Below are positions 37,587 to 38,623 of a DNA stretch of 38,623 bases, in pieces. Positions within the stretch are counted from its first letter, which is position 1. The number at the start of each line of letters is the position of its first letter. The position numbers were made by a program, and so were the translations under genes. The stretch is from a virus. Lineage: Duplodnaviria; Heunggongvirae; Uroviricota; Caudoviricetes. Below the pieces are notes generated by a model. The model searched no databases and was not told the origin of the DNA. It saw only the letters and a list, made by a program, of their open reading frames with translations. The DNA lies in IMG/VR virus record IMGVR_UViG_2684622552_000006; one strand, 5' to 3'.

Positions 37587-38623
37587 AAGCAGAAGCGTGG
37601 AGAGTAAAAAATCTCGGGGAATCACCGAAAAAGCTATTCAAGGAAGCCTGCATACGGTGGCTGCGTGAGAAATCGGATAAGAAGTCCATTGATGATGACA
37701 AGAGCATTATATCGTTCTGGATGTTGCACTTCAGAGAAACCATTCTCTCTGACATAACAACAGAAAAAATAATGGAGGCGGTAGACGGGATGGAAAACCG
37801 CCGCCATCGCCTGAACTGGGAGATGAGCCGGGATAGGTGTTTGCGGCTTGGCAAGCCAGTGCCGGAGTATAAACCAAAGCTGGCAAGCAAAGGAACGAAG
37901 ACGCGGCATCTGGCAATACTTCGCGCTATTCTCAATATGGCTGTTGAATGGGGATGGCTTGACAGGGCGCCCAAAATATCAACACCACGCGTTAAGAATG
38001 GACGAATCAGATGGCTTACAGAGGAGGAATCGAAGCGCCTGTTTGCAGAAATTGCTCCTCATTTCTTCCCTGTGGTCATGTTTGCAATCACGACAGGCCT
38101 TCGTCGTTCCAACGTTACAGACCTTGAGTGGTCACAGGTCGATCTGGATAAGAAAATGGCATGGATGCACCCTGATGAAACAAAAGCTGGCAATGCGATC
38201 GGAGTTCCTCTTAACGAAACCGCATGCCAGATATTAAGAAAACAGCAGGGGCTCCATAAGAGATGGGTATTTGTCCACACCAAACCTGCCTACCGAAGCG
38301 ACGGAACAAAAACAGCAGCGGTAAGGAAGATGAGAACCGACAGCAACAAGGCATGGAAGGGAGCGTTAAAGCGGGCAGGCATTAGCAACTTCCGCTTCCA
38401 TGACCTGAGGCATACCTGGGCAAGCTGGCTGGTTCAGTCCGGTGTCTCTCTTCTTGCACTTAAAGAGATGGGAGGATGGGAAACTCTCGAAATGGTTCAA
38501 AGATACGCCCACCTTTCAGCTGGGCATCTCACCGAGCACGCGAGCAAAATCGATGCGATTATAAGTCGCAATGGCACAAATACGGCACAAGAGGAGAACG
38601 TAGTTTACTTAAATGCGAGGTAA
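37463..38623 (+). CDS. int: Tyrosine-type site-specific integrase
   Basis: 386 aa with catalytic-domain motifs (TGLRRSN..., HDLRHTWAS, ...LEMVQRYAHL); AGGAGG upstream; stop codon is the last 3 nt of the window. Confidence 0.9.
   Translation: MSIKLRGGTWHCDFVAPDGSRVRRSLETSDKRQAQELHDRLKAEAWRVKNLGESPKKLFKEACIRWLREKSDKKSIDDDKSIISFWMLHFRETILSDITTEKIMEAVDGMENRRHRLNWEMSRDRCLRLGKPVPEYKPKLASKGTKTRHLAILRAILNMAVEWGWLDRAPKISTPRVKNGRIRWLTEEESKRLFAEIAPHFFPVVMFAITTGLRRSNVTDLEWSQVDLDKKMAWMHPDETKAGNAIGVPLNETACQILRKQQGLHKRWVFVHTKPAYRSDGTKTAAVRKMRTDSNKAWKGALKRAGISNFRFHDLRHTWASWLVQSGVSLLALKEMGGWETLEMVQRYAHLSAGHLTEHASKIDAIISRNGTNTAQEENVVYLNAR

Overview
This window reads as one nearly complete lambdoid temperate prophage of an enterobacterial (E. 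coli-like) host, with a mosaic architecture. All identifications are from reading the supplied translations and DNA against remembered protein families and lambda/P21/P2 gene order; no database search was run. Right to left on the minus strand runs the early-right and late operon: cro-like, a cII-position gene, lambda-type O (with internal ori iterons) and P, a variable accessory region, a nin cluster (ninB/ybcN, ninE, ybcO, rusA, ylcG), Q, a three-gene cargo island, a P21/DLP12-type lysis cassette (pinholin, SAR endolysin, Rz/Rz1, with bor opposite), lambda-type terminase, portal and a protease-capsid fusion, then a P2/Mu-type contractile tail ending in a tail-fibre gene that runs off the left edge. 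On the plus strand to the right are cI, an unrecognised 287-aa gene in the rexA slot, then gam-bet-exo, a Dam-type methyltransferase, excisionase and integrase. The best candidates for an undescribed system are the cI-linked 287-aa gene, a self-contained AT-rich two-gene operon next to P, and a promoter-to-terminator small-RNA candidate beside a Bro-N gene. Tail gene D appears frameshifted at a homopolymer run.
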